Shown: positions 12,584-25,226 of the stretch, one piece after another
How the letters are laid out: each line of letters starts with the position of its first letter
Numbering within the stretch: the stretch's first letter is position 1
Origin: the human T2T-CHM13v2.0 reference genome, Homo sapiens
Assembly (NCBI RefSeq): GCF_009914755.1
Contig: NC_060925.1
DNA length: 64,000 bases
Direction: 5' to 3' (one strand)
The notes under the pieces: generated by a model
What the model was told of the DNA's origin: nothing
Database searches by the model: none
Seen by the model: only the letters and a program-made list of their open reading frames with translations
Translations under genes and position numbers: made by a program

Positions 12584-13449
12584 TGATTTTACACTTTGTT
12601 ATATTGAATGATTACTGAAAAACAGTCTGAAAAACAATGGGGTAAAATAGGTTCTGTAACATTGTAATGGCTGCATTCATAAACATTCATAAAATTACAC
12701 TGATTGATTGATGTGGAAAATAAATATAAGAGACATGGTCTCTGTCTTCAAGGAGTATATCAGTGATTATATAGTCATAGCATCCTATTCTACAAATATA
12801 ATATTTAGCTAGTTTTATATTATTTGAAATTTAGACTTCTAGTTTTTCTCTGTTATATATATAAAAAGTGAACATCTTAATACATATTCGTTCACTACGA
12901 CGGAAATTCCCATGTTTTAAATTCCAGTCTTATACATGGAATTGTCATGTTGAATATTATGTCCTTTTAAAAGTAATTGACTTAAAAATCTTTGAATCAA
13001 ACACTCGAAGTTGTTTGAGTGCCTTTTTCCTCATAGCCTCACCAACACAGATAATCACTTTTAAAATTATTGGTCATCTGATAGGCAAAAGTTATCTTGT
13101 TTTAACTTGAATTTTTGATTATAAAAATTGGTACATTAAAATGCTTTTGGGCTAATTAAAAATATTGGAAACAGAAAGTAGGTAGTAACATAACATTTCA
13201 AATAGCATACTGAGGTATAGATGGTAAGTTTGTTTTCTCCCACCCCAGGCTCCTACACCCCATCTCTGGAGCTGAACTCTCTAGTTAGCATGTGCTTAAC
13301 ATGACTGCATGAGGGCAAGGGCTTTGTTTTCCCAGCGTGTAGAATGATGGCTGGCACACAACAGGTACTCATTGGATGCTTATTAAATAAATAAGCACTT
13401 TCCTGAATAGAGTAATGAAAATTTTCTATGTAAACATAAACACCTACAT

Positions 13450-15230
13450 GCATACTTTTTAATCCTTTTTATATTATTAACAAAAATGGGAACTCACCAC
13501 ACACACTATTCTTAAATGTCTCGATATTGTTCCATATAAACATATTTAGACTCCTTTCACTTTTTGAAAAATGCTGCATAGTACGGTAATTTAGTTAATA
13601 TCCTTCCTATTGATGAAACATTTAGGGGCTTTATGTCTCTGGCTATTATTTATGGACGTTTCTTCTTCAGGAATTGTTTGCTCATGCTCTTTACTAATTT
13701 TGCTATAAACTTTTTCTATAAAGCTATTAGGAGCTTTCTGTACATTTAGAACAATAAAGCTTTGTTTATAATATATGCTGTAAATATTTTCCTAATTTCC
13801 CATGGTCTTTTAATTTATTTTTTTATATCAATTTTTGGTAAACCTATTCATATTTTTATAAATATTTATTTTCTGCATTTGGTGGTATACTTATAAGGAC
13901 CTTTTCTACCCCATATGAATATTCATTAATATTTTCCCATACACTTTCGTGTTTACATATGTTTAACTTATATGGAATTTAATTACCCATAAGGTATAAG
14001 GTAGAAATCTAACATTTTCTAGTAGTCTTTGTTATCCTAGATCCATTTATTGAATAGTATATTTTATCCCTGCTAATTAGAATATATTCAATCATAAATT
14101 AATTTCTTGAGTTTATTTCTGTACTTTATATTCTGTAAACCATGACTAGGTAAATAGAATAAATCACAGAATAATTTGTGAAAGCAAACACTTTAAATTA
14201 TTTTGGGTTTATTTTTGAGATCTGATCTGATAGTATAAGTTTATGATCATGACATTGAATTTTTTTCCTCAAATAATCTCACATTCTTATCTCTTTCAGA
14301 TATGACTTAGAATATGATTGAATATGAATACATGATTGAAGATATATTATAAAATTGAGATACTTGTTGCAGTAAGTTATAAATTAATTAGAGAGAGTTG
14401 GACCTTCTCTTTCAATTTGTTCTATTACTTTATGCCCTTCAACAAGCCTTTGTAGCTTTGTTTTGTTGGTTTTTTTTTTAATCTAGCTCTTAAATCTTCA
14501 GTATTAAATTTATTCTTGGGTATTCTCCTTTTGTTACTATCATTAATGGAATCTGTGTAAGTTTCCAGTAGGTTTTCTATAAGGTTACTTATGGCAATAT
14601 AAAAAATATTGATTTTTATATATTTATTTTTAAAGTAGCAACCTTAGGTAATTCTCTTATTTGTTCTTATCCCTTCTAATAGATATTTCCTGTTAGAAAA
14701 TATTATCTGCAAACACTGATAATGTTCTCATTTTAAACACTTGATTTCTTTTTCTTGCGTTAGTGCATTGCATTGCCTCAAATTTCAGAGCAATGTTAAA
14801 TGATAGAGGTAGTAGCTGCCACCTTGATCTCCATCTGATTTTAGCAGGGCTACCCTCAATTTTCACTGCTAAGTTTCATATTGGCTATTGGTTTGAGGAA
14901 GATGTTCTTTACTATGTGAAGGGAATATTACTATAATTCTAGTTTCCAGTTTTTTTTCTTGAAGAGGATAATGAATTTTATCAGATGCCTTTTTGGCATC
15001 CATTAAGATGAGACAGTCTCTCTTGAGCTATTAATTACATTCTGAAAGTCAACTTTATTTAGTCATGGTTTACAGCTATGTTTAAAATGTAGGAACTTCT
15101 GATTATCCATTGAAAAGATTAGGCTATAATTTGTATTTTTTTGATGTTTTGTTATTCTAGATTTGATATATGAATTGAGAAATTTTTTTTTCTGTTGTTC
15201 GACAGTTAAATGAGCATTATTTTCTGTCTT
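13450..15230 (-). mobile_element. Old L1M fragments
   Basis: Very T-rich degenerate L1 ORF2/3' UTR-like sequence; boundaries approximate. Confidence 0.55.
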
Positions 15231-15325
15231 CCTTTACAGCCACTCCAGGCATATCATGTGCACTGGCCCTGCTAGCTAATGCTCTTCCCTCCACTACCAT
15301 CACCTTATGGTAAACTCCTACTTAC

Positions 15326-15548
15326 TTCTTTTTTTTTTTTTTTTTTTTTTGAGACGGAGTCTCGCTCTGTCACCCAGGCTAGAGTGCAGTGGCGCGATCT
15401 CGGCTCACTGCATCACTGCAAGCTCCGCCTCCCGGGTTCAGGCCATTCTCCTGCCTCAGCCTCCCGAGTAGCTGGGACTACAGGCGCCTGCAACCACGCC
15501 TGGCTAATTTTTTGTATTTTTAGTAGAGACGGGGTTTCACTGTTAGCC
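15326..15548 (-). mobile_element. Truncated AluY-like element inside L2-like sequence
   Basis: GCAAGCTCCGCCTCCCGGGTTCA.GCCATTC diagnostics; 8-bp duplication TCACTGCA; most of the left monomer missing. Confidence 0.88.
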
Positions 15549-18436
15549 CAGTTTAACCATCAACACTTCCATAGAGCACTCTCCCACCACTCCCATAGTA
15601 TTAGCACATCCTTTATTCCAGCATTAATTCTACTACAGTTTACTTGTCTATTAACCTATTTTCCCCTCTAGAATCTGAGCTTCTTGAAGCAGGGACAGTC
15701 ATGTATGCATCTTAAAAAAATCTTCAACCTCCAGTGCTCATCAGAAGACCTGGCACATAGCACATTGTTAACAACTCTTTGTTATATGAAAAAGTCCATA
15801 ATGCATTTTTGCTTTAAACTTTGCCAGGGAAGAAAATTTGGATGCTGTTTGTGTATACTTCTTTGCCGTTCTTTGACAATAAAATAGAGATAATATCACT
15901 TACTGCCCTTCTTCACACCTGATAGAGTTACTGAGCTGGGATAATAGATGGGCAAGGTGAAAGTGAAAGAATTAAATACAAAAATCCATAATAGTGATTA
16001 GACTTTCTTTGATATTAACAACAGGTAACATGCATTGAGCGTTTACTATGTTCCAGGCATGAAATTATCAAATTTATTTCTTATAATAGCTGCAATTTTA
16101 GGTGAGTAAATGAAATTTTAGACAGTTTAAGTGACTTGTCTGAGGTGAAACAACTGGCAAGTCAAAGACTTTCTGAAATCAGGGTCCACTATGTGGAAAC
16201 TATTCTATATCGACTCACCAGTGAAGATAGTGTGCTCCACTTAAATGAGAAAAGCAACGAACAATAAGCCCAGGGTGAAGATTTGGTTACATACCCTGCT
16301 TCTCAGGTTTTGCTTAAGTTTAGCGCCCACCAGGAAGAAAGAAAACGATTATCTGCCTCCTTGACTTTTGCATCATTTGTCTTTCTTCTGATGAAAGTGG
16401 GACTAATCACTGAGTTAGGGTTTCCTTATTTTTAGTCTACACCATGTTGCTTTATCCTAAAAGGATAAATATGGGCTGTGTGATGGTTGACCACCTTTCT
16501 TCTTCCTTCTATGAAGGTCTGAAAGGGCACAAGACAGGTAAAAAGGAAACAGCTTTTCTTTAGTAACTAAGTTGCTAGATTTTTGATCTCATGGCCCTGA
16601 GCTACACGTGAATGACTTTGACCTGTAATCTGAAATAAGATAGACTTCAGAGTTCACCTCTCCCACCATTTCACTCCAAAGGTGAGATAAGGTAGAGTTG
16701 CTAAAGGTACAGTATGAAGGGCATGTGGCATTTTAGTGTTGACAGTATGCCAGCTCTAAGACCTGCTTCTTCCATCTCCAACCATTCCTGCTTGCTCCCC
16801 ACTCCAAGCTGTGATCCCCCCGAGTGAGTGATAGAAGTGGCAAGAGGTTGTTCGGAAGATTAAAGACCCAAGTCACCAGAGGCTGCCATCTCGCAAGAAT
16901 ATTTAGACATTTTTCCACTTGGCAGTCATTAATATTCTTCAGCAAAGAGTAAAAAGAAAGCCTGTTCAAAAAGCCTCCCTCTTCAGATCTCTGTACCTTG
17001 GAAGATAAAGTGAATGAAAGGGTTTTGTTATGAAATTAAATATTCATTGGATTGAGTTAGAGCTATTACTGTTCTTGAGAATAAAACTGGATTTTTCCTT
17101 TGTTTTAAATAACTACGGTCATTTTATGTAAGAATCCATTTCTGTACTGAATTGATCAGGGTAACGCATGGTGTGATTTTTCTAATATAATAGACACAAC
17201 AGGGAAATGAATACAGAAGGGCTCAAAGTATTTTATAGAGGGTATACGAGCAATTTGACGTCGCAGAAAACCTGTCAGAAAGAAGCACCATGGAATAGAG
17301 GAAAGAGGCCCGGAATCCAGCCCCGGGAACTGTGACAGCCTCTGGGTGAGATCTTTGGCTCTGTTAATTGATAGCTGTTGTGGAACACATCTGAGTTTCC
17401 GTTTCCTAACCTGTGACATGGAGAGCATATTCTTTTCCTCTTGGGGTTCGTGTAAAGATTTGGAAACAGTAGCTAGAAAATGAGTGGCACGGACAAAGCA
17501 GGAGCACAACGGTGGCAGTGATTATTCCCGTTTTCACATACATACCCAGACCGGTCACGAAATGGCTGGAAAGCCATTCACATCTGTTTACTTTCTCTCT
17601 CTTTTTAATCTTCCAGGCACCATTGCTCACATTTCCCTTGAATTTAAACTTCTTTTAAAAGCTTTCAAAGCTTTGAAGGTTGATTTCAATGAAACCTGTT
17701 TTTATTCTAGGTGTTTTTCCGACTGTCATTCTGAGTAAAACAAAAAACATTTACTGTCAAAACAACAAGGGCTTACTCTCAAGCACAAAATGAAAGCAGA
17801 TATGTCTGCCTCATTTATTTTGGCATCCACCTAGCAGTTAAATAGGACACCTTTTAATTTGTCACTTCTTTAAGATTCATTTAGGTTGGCAAAGTAAATC
17901 CCCAGTGCTTGGTTTCAGCTAAACTTCAACGAGTTGGGTAAAACAGTTTATTCTTTATCACTCAGACACACAAGCTTTGAAAGGTGCCGGTTAAAGATGG
18001 AACTATGTATTTAGCAGTGTAAGACAGTAACATCTAATGGATTTTAATTTTTACTTTGAATGGGAGGAACTTAGAAATTTAACTTATTACCAAAGATCCA
18101 CTAGCAGTCTGAGAAGAGACACAGAAGGTCAATGTTTTTCAAAAAACCTAGGTAGAACTATTTCAAACAGTGAATATCCAATTATTTTAAAATTAGACTC
18201 AAGTATGAGTAAAGAGACCCAATATTCAAATCTCAACTCTGCCATTTGCTGGCTGGGGAAGTTACTTAATTTACCTGAATCTCAGTTTCTTTATCTATAA
18301 ATTGGGATAATATCTATCCCTTCCAGGTTGTTTAGAAAATTAGCTGAGGCAATGGACATAGAGCAGCTAGCACCTGCCTGGCACATACTAGCTGTTCAAC
18401 ATGTGCAAGTCACTGTTTTTATTAAGAAAAACTTCT

Positions 18437-18773
<337 letters not shown>

Positions 18774-19676
18774 TCAGTCCAGGATTTAGCATTTCTAACT
18801 GTATGGAAATTGTTTCTTCTATCTGCTCCAAATGTACTTTGCTAGAATCTAAGCCCATTTTCTCATTTTCTCAAAGTTAGCAATAACATCTGTTTAATAC
18901 CTTCTTTGTAACAAGGCCAGATTGAGGGCTTGTGTTTATGCAGTCATTAACAAAACCATTCTTAAACAGTGGTGGTTTTTCGCATCTCAATGACCTAATT
19001 GTAATCTGGCTAATTATTTGATTTAGTTACAAAAGGAAATAAAAATCACACACACACACACACACACACGCATACATAAATATGTACACAACACCTACAT
19101 ATATTCATTTTTTTCTGTTCTTCAATACATACAATCCAGCTTCAGGCCTTTTTATTTTGGTGTGGATTTTGAGGGGAATGTAAAGAAAGATAAATGCTTC
19201 CTTCTTGAGTCCCTTAAAGCAGATGACCTTAAAATGAACGATGGGGAACTCTTTGACAGTCTAGATTAATCTCGGTTTTCCAATCAATAGTTTAATAGGT
19301 TTTTTTTGTTTTGTTTTAGGGGAAGACACAATCCACAGGGCTAGTCCCAGAGTCTTTCCCAGTTTTGAACGTCTCATGCTAAATGTGGTCCAAATACCAC
19401 ATCTACCCAGGGTTTGCTTTTTTTCTGACAACATCCTCCTTCCTGTCTGGGGCTGCTTTTCCAAGCATAGCAAGCACTTGAATTCAACTGAGGGCTGACA
19501 AATTGACCTTACTCCCCAATAAAGCTTGCTCTTTTTAGCTCAGGGCCAGGGAAACACAGGCTGTCACTTGGTCAGATGGAATCTTAGGTAAAGCAATTTC
19601 CTCTTCCGATCCAAGCCTGAATATCCAGTGGAAACTTGTAGAATAAAGCCAGGCTAAAGTGTTGTTCTCAAACATG

Positions 19677-19682
19677 TTTATT
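19677..19682 (-). terminator. DAB1: Distal polyadenylation signal AATAAA
   Basis: tttatt on plus; upstream UGUA elements; lies at the end of the repeat-free UTR block. Confidence 0.75.
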
Positions 19683-19868
19683 TGTAACAGTTTTACATGG
19701 TGTGTTACAGAAATTAATGGAAAATTTCTAAAAATTTTGCTGTTCTGTTGAATGCATTGTACATAAAGTTAAAAATAATGTGTCCATATATGTTAACAAA
19801 CTGTCATCTGAGGTAAAGTTAAAGTAGGTCTAGAAAGGTACTGCAACAGTCATTTTCTCTTTCTCATC

Positions 19869-19874
19869 TTTATT
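19869..19874 (-). terminator. DAB1: Candidate alternative polyadenylation signal AATAAA
   Basis: tttatt on plus, preceded on the mRNA strand by a U run. Confidence 0.4.
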
Positions 19875-22119
19875 AAAAAAATATGTGTCAGAACGCAGAA
19901 ATTGAAATGAACCAAACCCACAGAGTAAACATTTGTTTAAAAGAAGGTGCCCAGTACATTACATGATGGGGTTTCAGGAGACACTGGGATGAGTACGAGC
20001 TATCAAAAAAGTCTTGCGGCATGTAAAGATTGAAGAGCTATGGAGAATGGGGACAGAATGACAGGTGGTGTTTCCCTGGTTTCAAAATTTAAAGTGACAA
20101 ATTTAGTGCTAGTGGAGGATGAGGAATTAACAGTTGTACACATGGATTTTCTATTGATCTAACCAGAACCGTGCAGACTCCCCATGGTCTTTTGGTATTG
20201 GCACCTCAGCTCTTGCTTGGAAATTTCACTGTACTCCTGGGACAGGATACGGTGCTTCCAGGCTCACCAAACAGTGCTTGGAAAAAAATCAGAATTCTGC
20301 CAATGAGAATATGGATGGCAGTTGAAAAACTTGACTTTATTTCCCTTACTTTAATGCATCACTTGGGCATCTATCTTCTTGAAGTTCAGAGCCAGTTACA
20401 TTTTCAATCATGTTCAATGAAAGAGGACAATTCTCCTGGACTTTCACCTTCTGCTAGGAAATTAACTCCAGATGGTATACCTGAAACAGCAACATCAGCC
20501 AGAGTTCACTTTGAATGTGTCAGAAGCAACCCAAAGAATTGGTATAATGGTGTGATACTGCAAGACAAACTCAAGACAGCCATATTGAGGGAGAAGATAG
20601 CACCACTTGTTTAGAATCAAATCATAGGCAACAAAGCAATTTAAGCAATTTCCCATGGGAACTGCCTATCTTACCAAATCCCCAGAAAACAAACTGGTCT
20701 CAGGCCAACTCTTATGGTCATTCCACCTTTCCCATCTTCCCGTTCATGTGAAAGGGTTACCTAATCATAAAATGTTTGCTCATTTCTCAAGAAACTCTGT
20801 GGACCAACAGGTGATAGCTACAGAGGGAGGTAAACGGCCCTTCTCACTTTTCTGGTTCTTCGGACCTTCCACATTAGGATGATATTGACATATATTCTTG
20901 AATAGACGTTTGGTCAGTTTATCTAACTGAAAAAAAAATTAGACTCCTGTGACCTGATAGTGTAAAATGTGGGCTTTAAATGATAACCATTACCTTCATG
21001 TATCACTTTTCGCTTTGTGAACAAGTATACAATCATTTTTCAAATGAATCTCCCAAATCATTTTAGTTTCTATTGATATGAAGAATCAAATGCAGGCCTA
21101 TTCAAATCAATTGTCTCAATGGAAATTCTACTTTTCAAATCTAAAAACCAAATAATAATAATTATCCTCAAATCCAATTAATCACATGAATCTTTAAAGT
21201 TTTCTTCTTAGTGTTAAAACACTTTCAACATACTGTAACTGCATAGGAACATCAGGAAAACACACTTGACCTGTATAACAATTCTCTGTAGGGCAAAAAT
21301 ATATAGATTCTTTATGAAAATCATGTGCTAAACATACGAACCAAACACTGCACTTTTTGTCTCATAAGTGTAAAAAAAGGAAGCTTAGCCTCTTCTGTTT
21401 CACGTACAAACAGTCCAGTGATTTATATCGGGGGTAGGTGGGAGTGGGGAGGTGGGAGAGTTTCAGAATCTGAATTCTTCAGAATGTGAATTGTCTTTTT
21501 CTTGTGTTGCACGTAGGGTGGGGACTCTCGTGGAAAGGCTAGATGATGGAGTCACGTGCTCCCTTCCCGTTCACTAGCTGCTGATTGGCCAACTGCTCCT
21601 GCCAGCTGTCCCTGCACTCCAGCTTCCTACCATATGCTCCAGAATAACGTCTGGAAAGTGAGCCCCATCCATCAAGTTTGTCACACCTTGCACTCAATCT
21701 GCTACCTTCTCTACAGTGTAATGGCATTATTAAAAATCATTTTCATTAACATTTATATTTACAAAAAAAAGACAATTTTTTTTCATTAGAACTCCTTAAA
21801 GCCATTTCCCTTAAATATTTAAAGAGTTTAATGGTAAGGTTTTTTTTTCAAGTTATAAAATAAAAATCCCATTTGAATTTTCTGATGTACAAAAAGAGAT
21901 AGAGATGAACCATTTGGACCACAGAATCAGTTTGTTATTCTGAATATTTATGCCACCATTGTTCCATTAGAAAGTTGGTTTTTAAGATCCAAAACCACAT
22001 TACCAGAATTGTACCAGAATTATTTGGCAAATGACTTTTCTTTGAAAATGGCACGTGGAGAAGACACTTGTCTGCATAGCAACACAGCAGCAAGATATCG
22101 GAAAAATAAAAAATATCAT

Positions 22120-22125
22120 TTTATT
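22120..22125 (-). terminator. DAB1: Proximal polyadenylation signal AATAAA (short ~0.9-kb last exon)
   Basis: mRNA strand reads GTACAATAAAATG...TTTTTTATTTTTCC followed by the GU-rich TTGCTGCTGTGTTG. Confidence 0.6.
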
Positions 22126-24897
22126 GTACTTAGAGTTTAGAGCTTCTTAAGAAATCAGATGCATTTTTCATCTTTCTCATCAATGGGATCTGATGTCTTT
22201 TCCTACTCACAGAATGAAGGTTCGTACTGAAAGCTGTCTTTCTTCACCAGGATGCAGAATAGCTAAAGGACTGTTTTGGCAACATTCGTGATCATAATGA
22301 ATAATCAACCACTTATTTGTCTTGTAATTTCAAGTTAATTCATTTCACTGAGGCTTTTTTTCTCCCCAGTTAGATTTCTTCACCCATATCTAAAAAAAGT
22401 CAAAAGCAATACAAAAATTTGTACACCTATTAATTTTCAAACATGACAAAAAAAGGAAAGGGGGGAAAATGGCAGACCAGGCCCCATGGAGTGACAAAAA
22501 ACACATCATCCTATGTGAAAAGGCATATGGATGATGATATTGTGGTCACAGAAGACCCTTTGCTTTTGCTTAAAGAAGTCAGTTCCAACCCTGTTGTAAT
22601 CCTCTGATGCCTGTCACTCCAAATTTGGTGTCTCAACAGTGGTCAACAGGTAGAGAAATAAAAAGGGAATTAATAATTTTGCACACTGAGTCATCTTAAA
22701 CCCAGCTATGAGGGCTCAAATATTTGTTGGGTAAGCATTTGCTTGATTTCTGATTTAATGTTGGGTGGATCTTTCTATACTTTTTTTGTGTGCTGCCATA
22801 GATATCTGCCATTGGTTGCCAAAAATGCTTAGTTCCCTCTTCTGAGCGAGTTCCATTGGGCAATCATGAATTTCTTGTGGGAAGAGGTGAAAGAATACAA
22901 GAGAGCCTGTCGTGATGCTGATGTCCATGCCAGTCTTGAGCACCCACCACGAGCTCGCATCGATGCTATTTCTTAGGTCTGTTGATCTGCGCGTACAGAG
23001 GCTCTGGCTCCTGTGGATAAAGGAACAAAGTGAGGCCTGCTCTTTACACTTGCATGGATTTTCTGAGACAGCTTTGGGAAAAGGGGTTTAGGATTAAAAC
23101 AGAAAAGTGACAGTTTATGATGGATGACCTTAGGTTATTTTTGGAGTATTTGATCAGGGTGCATAACATTTTGGCAACATTTTTATTATCCAAAATAGCT
23201 ATGCACTCAGTTCTGTCTTTCGTTTTCAAGTTGGAACTGATTGCCCTGTTAGGGAAGTAGCATGGTATAGTAGGGAGAGTTAGAAAAGCTGTGTCATGTG
23301 GACAAGATACTTATCCTGAGTCTTGGTTTCTCCAACCACAAAATGGGAATAGTACTGTTTATCCTACGGGGTTCTTGAGGGAATTAGAGATTACACATAT
23401 AAAGTATCTAGCACAATGCTTGCTAGCAATACATCTTCAGAAATTGCTAACAATTACCATGAGACAAGTGGACATTTTTCCAACACAGTTTCATAAATGT
23501 CCACTTGAGAACCCTGAAATTCTATTTCAAATTGCTCTTCTACAAATAGTGATGCCTGGGTGCACTGTTGAGCCAGAGAAACAGCAAGTGTGTCTTTGTC
23601 TCTTAATCACAAACTTCTGGACTTGTTTCCATTCAGTCTGAGCCCTCCACTTTGGCCAGTCATTTGCCTGCACCCAGGGGGCTGTCCTGAAACACATACA
23701 GGGATTTTCAACCAGCATGTAATGCAGCAAACCTGCAATCCACACCTAGATAGGAAACAGCGTTCGGCCCTATTTAAACCCCGTCAGACTTCAGCTGATG
23801 TTGAGATGGCTCATTGTGCCTTGGCCAAGCAGATTTGATGGATACTGTGGTTTTAAGCATGCACAGGACCTTCTGTTAAAATTGACCTTTATGCTGTCAC
23901 TCTTGGAGGTCTGTGCCAGAATTAAACGGGCACAATGAAATCCTAATTTTACCATATTTGATATATTAGCTTGTCCCCTGCCTTGTCATATAGGTTCTTA
24001 TTATTTGCTTATTTTCTTGAAACTTCAAAATGAATTGGCATTCTGGGAGCCCCTACCATGTGTCTGGCACCATGCTAGGTATTTTCAAGTACATTGTCTT
24101 TTTATCTCATCACAACAGCCTTGTAAGGCAGATGCTTTATCTCTTTTGCAAGGGTGAAATTAAGCACAGAGAAGTTAAATAATTTGCCCATGGTCACACA
24201 GCTAGTAAGTCTAGAGACATGAGAACTGAAAACAGGGTCCAGGGGCCAGTGCTTTTTCTAATCTTTTACAACAGTGACCATGAGGAGGGAGAGACAGAGA
24301 GAGAGAGACCCCAATCTTTCCATCCATTGGTGCTTCAGAGTTTACAAAGCACCTCATGTCTTATTTATCTGCCTTATAGTCCTGAGGGTGGCTTTTATTT
24401 TTTGAGTCCTCCCTTTGCAGATAAAAACTGAAGTTCTGAAAGGTTGTGTGATCTCAAGGTCATTGTGCTGTCTCTTGTGTGTAGCATATCATATTGCTTG
24501 CTTTCTACTGTAAAGTGGAATGGCCTAGAAGATAAGGTTGTACTGGCCCATCATTGTACAGATGAGGAATCTGAAGTCCTGTGAAGACAGCTTTTGTTTC
24601 TTCAGAGTCACAGGGTTACTTAGTATCCATGCCAAGAGTAGACCCCAAGACTCCTGCCATCAGATCCAATTTCTGGTTCCTCTAGAACTTGTTATGTTTG
24701 TATTCTTCCAGTGGGAAGGAACTTCTTTCCTTGGAGGCACCCTATTATGCAGTGTAACAAAGTGCCAACTTGTCCCTCCATGCCTTCTGCCTGTAGACTT
24801 TCTACTGCCCTTGGAAATGTAAATAAGTACAATCCTTCGTCCAAATGTCTGATGACAGAAAAGTACGGAAGCCCATTCTTCCAAGTCCTACTTCTAG

Positions 24898-25226
<329 letters not shown>

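Larger units (their letters stand above)
19660..23010 (-). other. DAB1: DAB1 terminal exon (3' UTR, ~3.35 kb)
   Basis: Acceptor CTTTGTTCCTTTATCCACAG ending at 23011; long repeat-free AU-rich tract; distal AATAAA at 19677-19682. The 3' end is approximate. Confidence 0.85.

Noticed and set aside
20171-20614. 147-aa plus-strand ORF
   Set aside because: GTG start, antisense within the DAB1 3' UTR, no recognisable domain.
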